Notes under the pieces: model-generated
The model's input: only the letters and a program-made list of their open reading frames with translations
What the model was told of the DNA's origin: nothing
The model's database searches: none
From: Peribolospora baueri
Taxonomy: Eukaryota
Length of the DNA: 64,000 nucleotides
Direction of reading: 5' to 3'
Assembly: GCA_029717555.1 (NCBI GenBank)
Contig: JAMDHS010000046.1
Location: 62,001 to 126,000 of the forward strand
Program-made: the position numbers and the translations under genes
In this document: positions 1-14,000 of the stretch, piece by piece
How the letters are laid out: every line of letters begins with the position of its first letter
How positions within the stretch are numbered: the first letter of the stretch is position 1

Positions 1-1864
1 ACCGCCTACAAAGACGGGCAAAGAGCCCGTACGCAATGGCGTTTTCAACTCAACGGGCTCGTGGGCCAGGTCTGCCCGCGCTGTGAATGGGGAAGGTTGA
101 TTGAGCGCATCATCGAGTGTCGTTTCCAAAGGCTGCGCAGCGCTTACCTAATCCATTGAGGAACGTAGCATACGTCTCTGCGTTGCGCACCGTCGAAGCG
201 ACATACGCCTCCGGAAGCGGCCTTAGAACGCCGCCATTGGTCGAGCGTGAGCTCGATTTGCAGAGAGCGAGGTGGAGGACGGAGTGTAGCTCGGGAATGA
301 GGGAGGGGTCATAGACCTAGAACAGACATGAAGAACGTAGACGTTGGCTTTCATCAAGAACGCATCTCCGATTGGGAAAAATTGCCGGTCCGACATTCAT
401 TTAAACATGTGCTCACCACGTCAGCAGCAACGATCACATCCGGCTGTACTTCCTCCTGCAACCATCTGGCCATGTCGGTTCCTTTTCGATCTTCACCCGA
501 TGCCTCGCGCATCGACCCTTCTTCCGCGTCGGAGAGACGGAGATGGGTGGCGACGGCAAGCCAATCAAGTGAATGGACAGTTGTGTTAGAGGAGAGTTGA
601 TCTGTATTTTACGGCAGGATGAAGAGAAGAGGGTTGGAGGCGTGAATCGAGAGCCAACAGTCGATGGCAAAGGCAAGTAACAGCCAAGAATGCAGATGTC
701 CTCATACTGACTGATTTCCACGTTCTCCCGACACCGCTTCAGCACCTCTTCGTTCACATCAGTGATCCACACTTGTCCTCTTCCCACGGGATCGTCTCTT
801 CCTACTCGGAAGTCCTTGTCCTCTGACTGATCGCAAATGGACTGGAGCTGCGCTATGAGCATGCTCAGGAAGCCGATACCTCCACCGAGTTCGAGGACCC
901 GCTTGCCCCTGATAGGAGAAGGGTCAGAAAGGAGATGTGTCGCGAGCGTGAAGCTAAGAAGGGATGGAACATGGACGGGCATGAGCACATGAACACCCGC
1001 TTAGAAAAAGGGTGCGCGGTCAGGTTGCTCACCTAGCCTCCCATGTCCTCAGCCCGGTCGTTCCTCTCGATATGGTCATCTTCTCTTCCAACAGAGTGAT
1101 CCTTCCGTATCCACCCAGAAGGTCGTCTTGGTTAGTTGACGATCTCTGTTGGCCGAAGTGGGACAGAAGAGGATAAAAATAGGTAATATAAGAGTTGGAG
1201 GGAGCTGGGGAAAAACTGGGGGAGGGAAGCGCATCGCCCATGGCCGGGAACAAGATTAAAGGGGATTTGAGCTGGGGTACAACAAAGCAGTGAACAAGGT
1301 CACCGAGACCAGTCCAATGTCACACCCACTCCATGGCGCCGCGAGGGGAAAGGGTGCAGGAGGGGTTCGGGCAGAGGGTGTCCATGTAACGAAACAGGAG
1401 GTCCTCATCCAACTCCTGGAGGAATTTCGGTCAAAAGCATGAATAGAGAGCGGACAGACGAGAAAGAGAAAGGAAATGTGCAGTGATGTGAGCAAGAGTA
1501 GATTTCCCTAGTACTCTTTGATCTACGTACAGACGACCGCGCAGATGGGGAGACAGACACGCACAAACTCCACCTCGCCGGTGTCATCTCTCCCAGCTCC
1601 CTCCAGCTCCCTCTCCAGCCTGCCCACGAGCTCCTTCAGCCATGCCCTGCGGTACTCTGAGCTGGGAGGATAGGCAACCAGGCGAGGGTGGTCCAACACG
1701 AGCGAACAGATGTGGCGCTGAAGCGGAACGAGGGGACAGGGGGGCCACTGGACGAAACGGAGGGGCCGGGAAGAGGCGTACTGAAGGAGGAGCTGGCGGA
1801 GGGCCTCCGCCTCTGACGCCGAAGGGGGCGCCGGTGTGGCGTTGGCTTGGAGGGCCATATCCAT
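1..1864 (-). CDS. EFM3: Protein-lysine N-methyltransferase, EFM3/EEF2KMT (FAM86) family; multi-exon, 3' end lies beyond the window edge
   Basis: N-terminal FAM86-like block (YPPSSEYRRAWLKELV), then TTGLRTWEA, motif I RGKRVLELGGGIGF, ITDVNEEVL, LDW, DVIVAADV|VYDPSLIP, VASTVRNAETY across GT-AG introns. Start taken at the ATG at 1864; upstream in-frame ATGs exist. Confidence 0.85.
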
Positions 1865-2207
1865 TCGGTCGACGACGGGACAGACGTTGCCCTCGACCTC
1901 GGAGGTCGTGATCGAAGGCGAGAGCGGATAAGCGCGGACGCAGACGGCGACATCAGTGGCGCACGGCTGAGCTGGCGCTTCTCGCCATGCCTCCTTCTTT
2001 CTTCCACCTTCACCGCCTTCCCCTCGTTTAGACTTTTTGCGTCTCGCCGAGAGCGACCTCGGGACTTTCGAGCTCGGCTGTGTCGTCTGCGCTCCCATTC
2101 TCTCACCCTCGTTTTCTTTCTTTTTCATTTTTTCCGTCCACGTCTGAAACTCTCGCCCACTCGAACCTCGCTCTTGCGGCAGTCGCGTCGCCTCTGCCGC
2201 CGCCGCC

Positions 2208-5200
2208 ATGTCCCAGTACAAGTATGACGAGCAGGGCGACCAGTTCTACGTTTTCCTCCTCAGCGTCTTCGTTCTCGTCCTCACTCCTTTGACCTATCAC
2301 TGGGCTACCGGCGGCTCGGCGGAGAAGAGTGAGCGTCCGTTCGTCTTCTCGTCTCCTTTCGCCTCGAGCTCGGCTCGTCGCCCAGCAGCTGGCTCATCGA
2401 TGCCGCCTGGTCGTCCTCTTTTGTCTTTGCACGCGATCAGCCTCAAAGGCACCGTCATGTAACTGTGACGCTTGTGTACAAAAAAGCAAGAGGCTCGCCA
2501 AGAGGAACCGGAGATCGCTCAGGAACCCCAAAATCGGCAAGCAGTGCGTTCATGCCATCTGCTTTGCCGGATCGCATGGCGTGCAAATGGAGCTGATGCG
2601 CCGCGTCGTACTTGTTGAACTTCTTGTAGGACCGTCATTGTCGCTCTTGGATGGGCCTGTGTCGCCTTCCTTGGCCACCGCGTGGCTCAGACCAGCAGCG
2701 TCGCCACTGCGAAGCTTTACGACCCTTTCGACATCCTCGGCATCGCAGCTAGCGCTACCGAGAAGGAGATCAAGCGGCATTACCGAAAGCTCACCGTGAA
2801 ATTGTAGGTGGACGGCTCACACCATGGGCGGCGGACCATAGCCTAGGTTGGAACATGCGCTGATTCGCTCTTCACCAATCCATCCCTGGTTGCCTCCACA
2901 GCCACCCCGACAAGATCACGCTCGGCCCGAACCAGACGAAAGAAGAAGTGGACAACCATTTTGTAGAGCTGACGAAGGCCTACAAGGCGCTAACAGATGA
3001 AACGATTCGCAAGAACTTTGAGCTGTATGGCCACCCTGACGGTCGTCAGGAGATGAACATGGGCATCGCTCTTCCCAAGTGGATCGTCGAATCGCAGAAC
3101 AACATATGGGTGCTCGGGATGTACGCGATCGTTTTCGGGCTTGGGTTGCCGTACCTCGTCGTGAGTGCCCGGTTCGCCGTCGGTCTAGTTGTGGACCAGC
3201 GTTCCATTTCGCTAAAGCCGCTGCGTTGCCGCATTTGTCTTCCAGGGCCGGTGGTGGTACGGCTCACGCCGGCTTACTAAGGACCAACTTCTGAACACGA
3301 CCGCGTTCACCTACTTCCAAACCCTGCGTGAGGACACCTCCTTCCCACGTCTCGTCGAGATTTTGGCCGCCTCGGACGAGTTTGCCGATCCGAAGCTCAA
3401 CAAGCGCTCGTGGAAGAGCGTGAGGAAGGAGATCCCTGAGCTCGATCGGCTTGAGACGGAGGTCAGGGCCGTACTGAATGGATGGGGGGACAAGTGGGCG
3501 CTTACGACGAAGGTGAGTAGTAAGGAGACGCTGTTTGAGTCGCGTCATGAGCGAAGCTTGTTAGTCGGACTTGGGGGAGGGAGCGCTGGCTGATCCTTGT
3601 TCCGATCCCGTTGTTGCGGCTCGGATGATGGGTGCGCCAGTTCGAGAGCGTGAGCGCTCGCATGATCACCGTTCTGCTTTATGCCCACATGCTCCGCATC
3701 GAGACTTCGTCTGTGCCGATGTCCAGAGGTGAGTCGGTGGTGTCGTGCGTTGCCCCGGTTCGGGTTGGGAGAGACTGATGATTGAATTTTGCTTTTGCGC
3801 GCGTTCGTCGACAGCGATGGCCCGCTCGGCCGCACGGGCGGTGCACCTGCTGCCTGGCCTTTTGGCCATGTCCCTCGCTCACAACTGGCTGTCGTGCTCG
3901 TTGACCATCATGGCCCTCTCTCAACACCTCATCCAAGGCACCCACCCAGCGTTTCCCAGCGTTGCCGAGCTCCTCCAGCTTCCCGGTCTGAAGCGCATCC
4001 AGGCTGAGCGTTTGACTCGGGGAGGCGTGGGGGACCGGGGTATCGAGGGGCTGGTGGCGCTGGCGGAGGACAAGAGGCGGGAGACGATCCGAGACGGAAA
4101 GGATGGTGAATTGGTAGGGTCTGAGGAGGAGCAGATGATGAAGGTGGCAAGGGAATGGCCGCGTCTGGAACTCGTCGAAGCTTTCTTCAAAGGTGAGTCG
4201 TTGAGAGCGGGCGGGGCGGTGCATGTGGCGGCTCGCTGATGTGCACGATAATCGCGCGCGTCGGTCTGCAGTCACGGGCGAACGGCTGGTCACGACGGGA
4301 TCTTTGGTAAACTTTGTTCTCAAAGTCCGAGTGTGCCTGCCCGGCGAATCGACACCTCCAAAGATGCTCGTTCACGGCGTGCCTCCATCGATGCTGGAGA
4401 CAAAGGGGGAGAACGACGCGGATGCTTTGCTCAAGTCGGACGAGGAGGGCGAGGTGGAGTTGGATGAGCTGATTGGGAGGAAGAAGGGTGGGCAGGCGGG
4501 CACGTCTGGGGATGAGGATGGAGAGGGTCAGAGGCCACAGGGGTGGGCGCATGCTCCGAGGTTCATCGAGGTGAGAGTCGGACCGACGTCGCGTCGCGTG
4601 GCGGTGGACCGGCTGGCTGACTCGCTCGCGGATGCGCTCCGTCCGTCCGTCTTTGGCAGAACCGCAAGGCGCAGTGGTGGATCATGATCGGCGACACAAA
4701 GCTGAACCGAGTGATCGTGCAACCGGGGCGAATGACGGACGTCGGTGTCGGTTCGGAACGCACTGCGTCTGGCGCGAGCGATGGCAAGGACGAGGGCGAG
4801 GACGAGGACGAGGACGTGCGCACTTTCTCGATCCAGTTCCAGGCTCCGCCCCAGGCTGGGCTGTACACTTTCCAGGCTTTTGTCGTGAGCGATACGTATC
4901 ACGGGACGGATATTCAGAAGAACTTGATGGTGAGTTCATAGGCGGCGCGACGACACTCGAGTCGTGTGTCTGACGATGTGAATAATTTTTTGTTTTTGCC
5001 AGCTCAAAGTGGAAGACCCGTCTGTGCTTGAAGGCGAGGGCGAGGATGAGGATGACGATATCTCTGATCCGGAAGAAGGTGAGGGCGCTACCGAGTTTCG
5101 TTCGGGGGTCTGATCGGTGGTCGCGATGCTGTACGGACTGGACTGAACCTTGTACTTGCCGATCCGCTTTGGCTACTTCAGATACGCTCGCTGGCCAGAT

Positions 5201-5354
5201 GGCGCAGATGCGGGGAGAGCGGGTCAAGTCGTCGGCTGGGAACGGCAATGGGGAGGAGGACGACGAGGAGTGGTCGGAGGAAGGGGAGGAGGAGAGCGGG
5301 ACGGACGACGATGTGGAGGAGGACGACGAGGAGAGCTCTTCCGATAGCGATTGA
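2208..5354 (+). CDS. SEC63: ER translocon J-domain subunit Sec63, multi-exon
   Basis: MSQYKYDEQGDQFYVFLL start, three TM segments, J domain (YDPFDILG...HPDK...FVELTKAYKALTDETIRKNFELYGHPDG), GIALPKWIV, Brl/Sec63 domain (FQAPPQAGLYTF, SDTYHGTD), acidic C-terminus ending at TGA 5354. Confidence 0.96.
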
Positions 5355-6023
5355 CGTCGGCGGGCGGCGGGATGGGAGACGAGGGGGGATATGAATGATC
5401 TATCTGCATGTAGGTTCGCTTGGCGACGAATGGACCGAGGGCGGTGCGTCAAAGTCAAAGGCACATCCACTAGATGCTAGCCATGCTCGAGGATGACGGA
5501 GAGGGGAAGAGCGTTCTGTTCTGTCTAAATTCTGGTGCCGTCGCGAAGGAGACGATCTTGTGCGGGCTTGCTCACGTGGCACAAGTGCCGTGCCGGTGAT
5601 CAGCGGACTGCGTGGGCGGGGTAGATTGAGATGGGGAGAGGAGGAGAGGATGATGAGATGGGCTGGGCGACGAGGCGAGCATGAGCGCGCTGGCGACGAT
5701 CGTCGGTCATTATTATTATCGTCTTCTTCTTGCTCGCTACCACCATCACCATCCTTCCCACCACCGCCACCATCACCTCCTCCACCTCCACCTCCGCCTC
5801 CTCTGCCCCCTCCGCCTCCCCCTCACCCCCTTCCTGCCCACCTCGCTCACGCTCCTTCTCTCCACCACCACCCCTCACGCTCTCTTCCCCTCCACACCCA
5901 CCCCTACTTCACTCGCTCCCCAGCCACGCTCCCCCACGCTCTCTCGCTGGAACGGAAAGAAAGCCGCATACGCATACACGCATCCTCGCACGAACCCACG
6001 TAGCCCCCAGCAGGGGACCGACC

Positions 6024-7597
6024 ATGTCGCCGTCCTTCTTCGCCGTCGCACCCCTCTTCCTCCTCCTCTTTGCCCCCTCCCCTTCCCCGGCCGCCGGCTC
6101 GGCCACTCCTTTGGAGCGGGCCGTCGGCCGTCCTCATGCCACGCTCGCCCCACGCTCCTCCGTCCATGCGCAGCCCCTCGCGGTGCCTCTCTACAGGCGC
6201 GACCCCACCTTCCTCTACTCGGCCTTCGACAACGCCTCTGCCGTCGCCGCCTCCGCCGGCAAGCCCTTCCTCAACCCCGACGGAACCGTAGACCTCAAAG
6301 CAGTCGACGGCCACATCGCCACCTTGGGCCAGAAGTACGCCGCGGCGACGCATGCGTTCCAAAGAAACACCGGCCAGAACGCACCCTCTTGGTTCCACGA
6401 GCTGGCACAGATCGGCGGCGGCGGCACCGGTGGCAGCCCGACCACCCGTTCTGAGCAAAAAGGCCAGCTTCGCAAGAGAAGCGCCCGCGGACAGGGCGCA
6501 GTGAGCCTGACGAACCACTCGAACAGCTACTGGACGGGCGCCATGACGATCGGCGGGCAGACCGTACTCGTCGACTTCGACACCGGAGCCGCCGACCTAT
6601 TCGTCGCACCCGGCGCTGGCTACACGCCCGGAAACAGCTCCCATGACCTTGGGCGCTCGTTCGACAACTTGTACGCCTCCGGCAGCCGCGCCACCGGCCA
6701 GCTCTTCTCCGACACCATCTCCATCGCCGGCCTGTCCGCTGACAACCAGACGGTCGGCATCTCCAACACGACCGTCGATGGCCTCAAGTCGATCGCCGGC
6801 ATGTCGTACCAGAGCCTTTCGTCGACGAACAGCAAGCCTTTCGTCAACACGCTTTGCGACGCCGGCGCGCTGGCCGAGTGCAAGTTTGGCTTCGTCCTCA
6901 CCGAGAACGCGCCGATGCTCTACCTCGGCGGCACCGAGGCGAGCAAGTACCAGGGCTCGCTCATCTCAGCCCCGGTGACGGACCAGAGCTACTGGGTGGC
7001 GTCGAGCAAGGTATACAGCGGTCACACGTACGTGATGGATGTGGACGCCCTCATCGACACCGGCACCACGCTCGTCATTGGCCCCAACGATCAGGTCAAG
7101 CGACTCCTCGAGCAGGCCGGCCTGCAGACGTATGTGAGCGACGGCGGGAGCGTGCAGGCTACGTGAGTACAAGCCAAGCAGGCGATTCGTCGTTGAGGGA
7201 AGGGCAGATTAGATTACTTACCATCCGGCCCCTCCTTCTTCACTCCCGCGTGTCCCGCAGGTACAACTGTTCCAACCCACCGGCCATCGGCTTCGACTTT
7301 GGCAACGTCGTCTTCCCCATCCTCCCTCAGCACTTTGCCTACGGCGGAGACGGCGTCAATTGCACCGCCGGCGTCGTCGGTTCCGGCGACAATGCCGGGT
7401 CGAGGTGGATCCTCGGGTAGGTCTCCCTCCCAGCGTGCCCGTGCGCTCTTCGCATCCGTCCCGCTCGTGGCCGACCCGGTGGACTGATCCTCGTGTCGTG
7501 CCCCTTGCCCACGCTCAGCGACACTTTCCTCCGCGGCGTCTACGCCGAGTTTTCTTTCGACCACAACACCATCTCTTTCGCTCTCGCGAACCCGTGA
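6024..7597 (+). CDS. Secreted pepsin-like (A1) aspartic protease, 3 exons
   Basis: Signal peptide MSPSFFAVAPLFLLLFA, pro-region ending LRKR, two catalytic motifs VDFDTGAADLF and LIDTGTTLV, and WILG|DTFLRGVYAEF after splicing; stop TGA 7595-7597. Confidence 0.93.
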
Positions 7598-8237
7598 AGC
7601 CGTCCGTCCGTCCGACGAATCGCCCTTCCCGGACCGGCCCGCCGCCTTCGCAAGCCGGAGACGCGCCTTCTTCCCCTTCTTTCTCGCTTTCCAAGTATTC
7701 TCATCCATATCCATCCAGGCGATCGGATCTTGCCATACCCCCGCCCTCCCCCTCCCTCCCTCCCCCTCGTCCTACCTCTTTCCCCATCCTGCCCCGGCGT
7801 GTGCCCTGTGGGACGTGGACGGTGGTGTGGGAGATGGGGAAGGTGTGAGGTTCACCACGTCACAGCGGCGGGATCGAATTTTTTTTTTTCTTTCCTGTTC
7901 TTTCTGGTTTAGGACATTTGTCCCGTCACCGGCGAGGGCGATAGACATCCCCTCCGAGGTCATGTCGTGTGTCCTATCGCATACCGTGCTGCGTTTCCTT
8001 CCTTCCTTCGTTCGCTCGCTGGCTCGCTCGCTGGCTGAAAGCAGAGCACCCACCATCGTACGCAGACGAGACGAGTCCTGGAAGCTTTTTGTTTCCCTCG
8101 CATCGCTAGCCGTACAGTGCTACCCACGCCTCTCCTCCGCCGGCCGGCCGGCCGGCCTTACCTTCGAACCGAATCTATGCGGTGCGGACGCCCAAGCCTC
8201 TAGCTCTAGCTCTAGTATTTCCATCATCCACGCACGC

Positions 8238-9696
8238 TCACGCTCGGACCGCCACTGGCGCCTCCTCTGCTAGCGCCCCGGCCCCAGCGATGGGCGGGTC
8301 TGCGACGTCGACGTCGTCGTCGTCGTCGTCGTCCAATCCCTCGTCCGCGTCGTCCACTCCTCCCACAAACGTCTCGTACCCGTGCGACATGGCCTGCTGC
8401 TGCTGCTGCTTTTGCTGCTGGTTCGGCTCCCCCTCCTCCTTCTCATCCCCCGCCCTCCCCGCGATCCGCCCACCGCGTACGATCCACTCGCACATTTCGT
8501 CCCAGCCCATCTGTCGCCTCGCCGTGAGACGGAAAGGGGGTGTTTTGTTGGGACCGAAAGCGAAAGAGGCGATAGAGGCGAGGACGTCAAAGGTCATGCC
8601 TTTGATCAGGTCGCCCTCGCTCCGTATGCGGTGTAGGCGGTACGGCCTGCCGGCGATCCACGGTACATCGGAGTAGGTGCGATAGGCGACCTGCGGCGGT
8701 CGGTGTGGGTCGCATGTCTCTGGGTCCGAGAGGAGCGGCGCGAGGTGCGCTGGCGCTTCGTTCACGACGACCGCCGAGAGCGGGTGGGAGAAGATCTTGG
8801 ACACCTCTGCCGGCGAGGCGCGCAGCTTTGCCACGTGTTCTTGTGGGTTGGTGAGCAGGTAGATCACTGGCGTTACTATTAGGCTTGATTTGGAGAGGAC
8901 TGGGAGGAAAAAAAGAAAAGAAAAAGAAAAGCGGGTGTGGGTTTGTTTGAGATCGCGATCCTAGCCAGGAAAAGGACGACGACGACCGGGGAGGAGGGAG
9001 CGTTCTGTTCGGCTCACAAGGGTGCCAAGTCGTCACGTAGTGAAGGTCGGGCAGGTCAAGGGGCAGACCGACTTCTTCGAACGCCTCTCGCCTCTGAGCC
9101 CGATGAAGGATGCACACGACGTCCAGGCAATGAGGGCGGAACAAGGAAGAAGAAGAAGAAGAAGATCAGCAGCGATGTCCCTAGCAAAAGAACACAAATC
9201 ACGCTGTGTCGCGCGACCTATGTCTCGCATTGGTTCCCACCGCTGTGATCCTATACGACCCATCCTCTTCATCCACCCTCCCGCCAGGCAAGGCCGTCTG
9301 TCCCGGGTGCGAACGAAGGTGCAAAGCACGGGTGGTCAACAAGAACCTGAGCTCCGTTGGCGCCGTCGGTGTCGGTGTCGGCGCGGTGGCCGATGTGCTG
9401 GCCGCGGAGCATATGGCGTCGGCGGCAGCGGGATGTGCGGGCACTTCGAAGAGCAAGACCAGGACGGCCGCTTGACGGCTTTTGGAGATGCTTCGTCAGG
9501 GGGGAAGGGAGGGGGAGGAATTCAGCAAGCGACTCCTATCCTGACTCCTCCCTTCAACTACCGCTCGCACCACTCACTCGTTCCACCTCGATTTCGCCCG
9601 GAAGGCGGCGAGCCGTCGTATGTATGCTTGGCTCTCCGGGGTGAGCGTCGACAATGCCTCGGCGGGCATGGGGATGGCGGAGGAAGCTGCGTCCAT
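8238..9696 (-). CDS. PCD1: Nudix hydrolase, coenzyme A diphosphatase (PCD1/NUDT7) type, multi-exon
   Basis: AAVLVLLFE, CoA-Nudix motif LLTTRALHLRSHPGQTALPGG, Nudix box RREAFEEVGL, then AEVSKIFSHPL and IKGMTFDVL. First exon MDAASS...LTPESQAYIRRLAAF splices in frame via an AAG acceptor. Confidence 0.88.
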
Positions 9697-10057
9697 GACG
9701 CTTTCCGGATCGTATGGCTGCGTCGCGAGCGCACTGAGAGAAGGAGAGGAGACCGAACGGCGATGGCAACAGCCGACCGAGTCCCGACTCGTGCGTTCCT
9801 TGTTTCGACTCGCAATATTCTTCCGTCAGATCGCCGCCGGCCGACGTTCGACGTTCGCATCCGTACATGTATGCTGCGTCCGTACATGTATGCTTTCGTT
9901 CGCTTTTTCCTTCTCCTTCAGACAGGGCTCTTCGAGTTTGACTACGGAACAGCCTGGTTCCAATTCCGCCTGGAAGATGACATCGCCGTGTCTCTTCTAA
10001 ATGCTACTACTACAGTGGGGCGGCGTCTATTTTCTGTTGCAATGGCAACGGGGAAGG

Positions 10058-10123
10058 AGCGAGAGTCGCTCAAGTTCGAGTGGGAAAGGAAGCGAGAGTC
10101 GATCAAGTTCGAGCGGGAAAGGA
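10058..10123. repeat. 33-bp tandem duplication (2 copies, 2 mismatches)
   Basis: agcgagagtcgctcaagttcgagtgggaaagga followed by agcgagagtcgatcaagttcgagcgggaaagga, in the divergent intergenic region between the Nudix gene and the sugar transporter. Confidence 0.9.
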
Positions 10124-11070
10124 GGAGAGAGAGAGAAAGAGAAGGGACGTCGATGTGAAAGAGACAGCAGGGAAGCAAACCGAAGAAAAACCTTTACTAT
10201 CCAGACTCAAGCAGCACCTAGGCGAAACCGAGCCGACCTCCCTCACCACCACCTCTCTCTTTGCTGGGCCAGCACTGTCACTGTCGGTCACCTTCGCCTT
10301 GTCGCCCGCCTTCACATCATCCTCTGCCCTTTTCCCATGAGCTTCTGGGCTCAACACCCATATCCTCGACCTTCCTCGGCGCATCCTGGAAATCCGAAGA
10401 CGCCGTCCGGCCCTTGTCTCCGCTCCTACCCTCGACACCACTGGGCGTGACGGCGCTCCTCTGCTGCCTCTGGCTCTGGCCAGAAGATCAGCAATTTGGA
10501 GCGCAGACCGACGTCTCACGCTGATGACCTCCACGACGAGCACGTGAGCAGGAAGGCGAGGCGGCTGCGACGGCCGTCATTGCCGAAGCGCAGCCGACGC
10601 GGGTCGGAGAACCGGACCGGGTGGCGGGGAGGAAGCGCAGTGGATGCGTGGCGCGCTCTTTGCCGGCCGGAGATCTCTCATGATTGATGGCCCGCTGGCC
10701 CGTGCGCCCGTGCGCCTGTGCGCCTGTGCGAGCATGGCCGCTTTCGCACCGTCGCTCGTCGGTCTGGTTGGCTCGCGTGGCCGTCGTCGGCGGTCAGTCA
10801 GCGCACGCCGTCGCCGTCGCCGTCGCCGTCTGCTCGGCCGGCCGTGGGTGGGCGCCTGCGCCTTGCTCGTCGCCCACGCCCCGGATTAGGGAAAGAAAAG
10901 AAAGAGGGTAAGCGGAGTGGAGTATAATAAGACGCATGCGTGCCTGACTGACCCATCAGCGGGGCTCCACACTCGCTCTCTTCCTCGCTCTCTTCCTCTT
11001 TCTCCTCCTTCTTCTCCTCCTTCCTCCCACACCACCCCAAGCCGTCCCTCCTCCCCATCCCCACGCCAAG

Positions 11071-14000
11071 ATGCCCTTCGACCGCCCAACCCCCCCGGCC
11101 GCCCTTTCCTTCGCCGTCTCCTCAGCCGATGCGTTTGAAAAGGCCATCATAGAGAAGCGCATGGCGCTCTCCGGGCCCGTGAGCTTGCCGTTTTGTCTTT
11201 CATCGCTGCGCGCAATCGAGCACGAAGGTGACAACCCACCCTCGTCGTCTTTGCTTTGCCTTCTCTTTAGTCCGGATTCAAAGGCCTCGTTCACAACCGC
11301 CGCGTTTTCGGCATCGCCGTCTTTGCTTCTCTAGGAGGCTTGCTCTGTCAGTCGCCGCTGATGGTCCACCACTCACTCGGACCGACAAAGACGTCTCACT
11401 CCTCTTCCCTCTCCTTCTCCGCCTCACAGACGGCTACAACCAGGGCGTCTTCTCCGGCGTGCTCACCATGACCAACTTTCTTGCCACCGTTCCCGACGCC
11501 AAAAATGCCACCCTTAAAGGTTGGCTCACCGCCATCCTCGAGCTCGGTGCCTGGCTCGGCACCTTGCTGACTGGTTATACGTGTGACAAGGTGCGGCCGT
11601 CGGTTGCCATACTTCGGCTCTGTGCTCACATCGCGTCCCATCTCTCTTGCCCGAAACAGCTCGGCCGAAAGCGCTGCATCCTGCTCGCAGTCATCATCTT
11701 CTGCATCGGCGTCATCGTCCAGACAACCACCCACGACGGTGGCGGCTCGAACGGCGCGTCGTTCATCTACGCAGGAAGGTTCATCACCGGTATGGGCGTC
11801 GGATCCCTTTCGATGGGCGTGCCTATCTATAACGCAGAGGTCGCCCCTCCCGAGGTGCGAGGCTCGCTCGTGGCCCTCCAGCAACTTGCCATCACTTTTG
11901 GCATCATGGTTTCGTTCTGGATCGACTAGTCAGTCCCTCTTCCGTCTTTCTTTCCTTTTCTCTCCACTCGTCCGACAATACTCATCATCACCCGTTCCCC
12001 CCTTGTCGTCCAGCGGCTGCAACTACATCGGCGGCACCGGCACCACCCAATCCGACGCCGCCTGGAGACTCCCCTTGGCCCTCCAACTCGTTCCCGCCAT
12101 CGTCCTGTTCGTCGGCATGCTCTTCATGCCAAGCTCACCACGGTATCTTATGAACATTGGAAAAGAGACCGACGCGCTCGCTGTTCTCAGTCATCTTCGT
12201 GGCTTGCCAGAAGATGACGAGCTTGTGAGGATGGAGTGGTTGCAGGTTAAGAGTCAGTATCTCTTTGATAAGGAGACTTCACAGCAACGATACCCGCACT
12301 ACCAGGACGGATCGTTCAAGTCGGATGTTCTTCTCGGCCTCCACGGGTACCTAAGCCTGCTCACCAATCGGAGCATGCTCATCAGGATCAGCACCGCCTG
12401 TCTCATCAGTGAGTTGCGGAATCGCGCCTGACGAGCGAGTGAGCGGGGTCGCACTCTTTGCTGACCCCGCCTCCCTGCCCTCTTTGCTGACCCCACCTCC
12501 CCGCCGTTTCCAGTGTTCTTCCAACAGGTCCGTGTGCCGAGGTTCGAACGACGGCCGACGGCTTGAGACAATGGTCACCGTTGACCCTTTCGTTTTTGTT
12601 TTCGTTTTCCTTCCCTCCTTCCTCGTTGTTCCACAGTGGACGGGCGTCAATGCTGGTGAGTTCACTCACATTCAACCAGCGCCGGTCGCCTTGTCACTCA
12701 TCGCCTTCTTTCTTTCCCTCTGCCAATCCCACCCAGTCCTCTACTACGCTCCGACTGTGAGTCTCTCCCTTCGTACTCCTCTTGCCTAGGCCTGCTCTTT
12801 GACTCCACTCTTTCCACCGTCGGTCTTCCGTTTTCATTGCAAATCCTCGGCAGATCTTTACCGGGCTTGGGCTGACGGGAAACACGATCAGTCTCCTCGC
12901 TACGGGCGTCGTTGGGATCGTCATGTTCCTCGCCACTATCCCCACTGGTGAGTAAGCTGCCTTTTCTCGTCTCCAAAGACCTTCTCTCAACCATTTTCCT
13001 CCCCCCGCTTGCTTGGCTCCGCTTGCTCAACCCCTTTCCTCCCCTCCCCCCCCCGCTTGCTGCGAAACTAGTCATCTGGGTAGACCGCGTAGGCCGGAGA
13101 TCTATCCTAATCTGGGGAGCCTTTGGCATGGCCTCCTGCCACCTCATCATTGCCGTTCTTAGCGGCCTTTATGAGGACTCGTGGCCTAGTCATGGTGCGG
13201 CGGGATGGGCGGCTTGTGTCATGGTGAGGGCGACTGTCTATGTCTACGTCTACGGTGTAGGACGTCAGGACGGCTTTGATCCTCGAGTTGCAAGCGCTAA
13301 TGCGACCCACGCCGAATTTCCTTTCCTCCGTCTCAGGTTTGGCTCTTTGCTATCCACTTTGGCTGTGAGTCGTCCTCGCCTCCCGATCCCCCAATTGAAC
13401 CATCCAGCGCCACCAAACTGAGCGAGTCATTTTCGACTTACCATCCCCTTCATTCAGACTCGTGGGGCCCCGTCGCATGGGTCACCGTCGCAGAGATCTG
13501 GGTGCGTCTGACCGTGTTATGGCCGCTGTTGTTCGTCCGGGTGGGGGTGGACACGGTGCTTACCTTGCGCGTTCGACCGCTCCCCACGCCCTGACGTACT
13601 GCCAGCCCCTCTCCCTGCGCGCAAAGGGCGTCAGCATCGGTGCGTCCAGCAACTGGATGAACAATTTCATCGTCGGACAGGTGCGTCTGTCTGTCTGTCT
13701 GTCCACGACCCTGTCCGACCGCTAGAGCCCGTCCCCTCGGGCGCTTCCTTGCCGGCCAGGTAACTCCCAACATGCTCAAACATCTGCGCTTCGGCACCTA
13801 CGTCTTCTTCGGGTGAGCAACGACGGAGGGAAGCGCAATGTGGTGGTGATCACGGCCTTTTCTGATAGATGTCCTTGTCGTGTCCTTGTCTCGCTTCGCT
13901 TCGCCTTTCCCTTGCCCTCCCCTCCGTCTTTTCCAGAGTTCTCACCTTCCTCGGCGCTTTATACGTCATCGTCTTTGTCCCGGAGACCAAGGGTCTTACG

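Noticed and set aside
5730..6023. N-terminal extension of the aspartic protease in the ORF track (likewise 29843-30034 for the oxidase)
   Set aside because: Non-ATG starts in C/T-rich low-complexity leader; the signal peptides begin at the downstream ATGs.
9022..10158. 378-aa plus-strand ORF
   Set aside because: Overlaps the Nudix gene antisense and its promoter; Arg-rich, with no domain signal.
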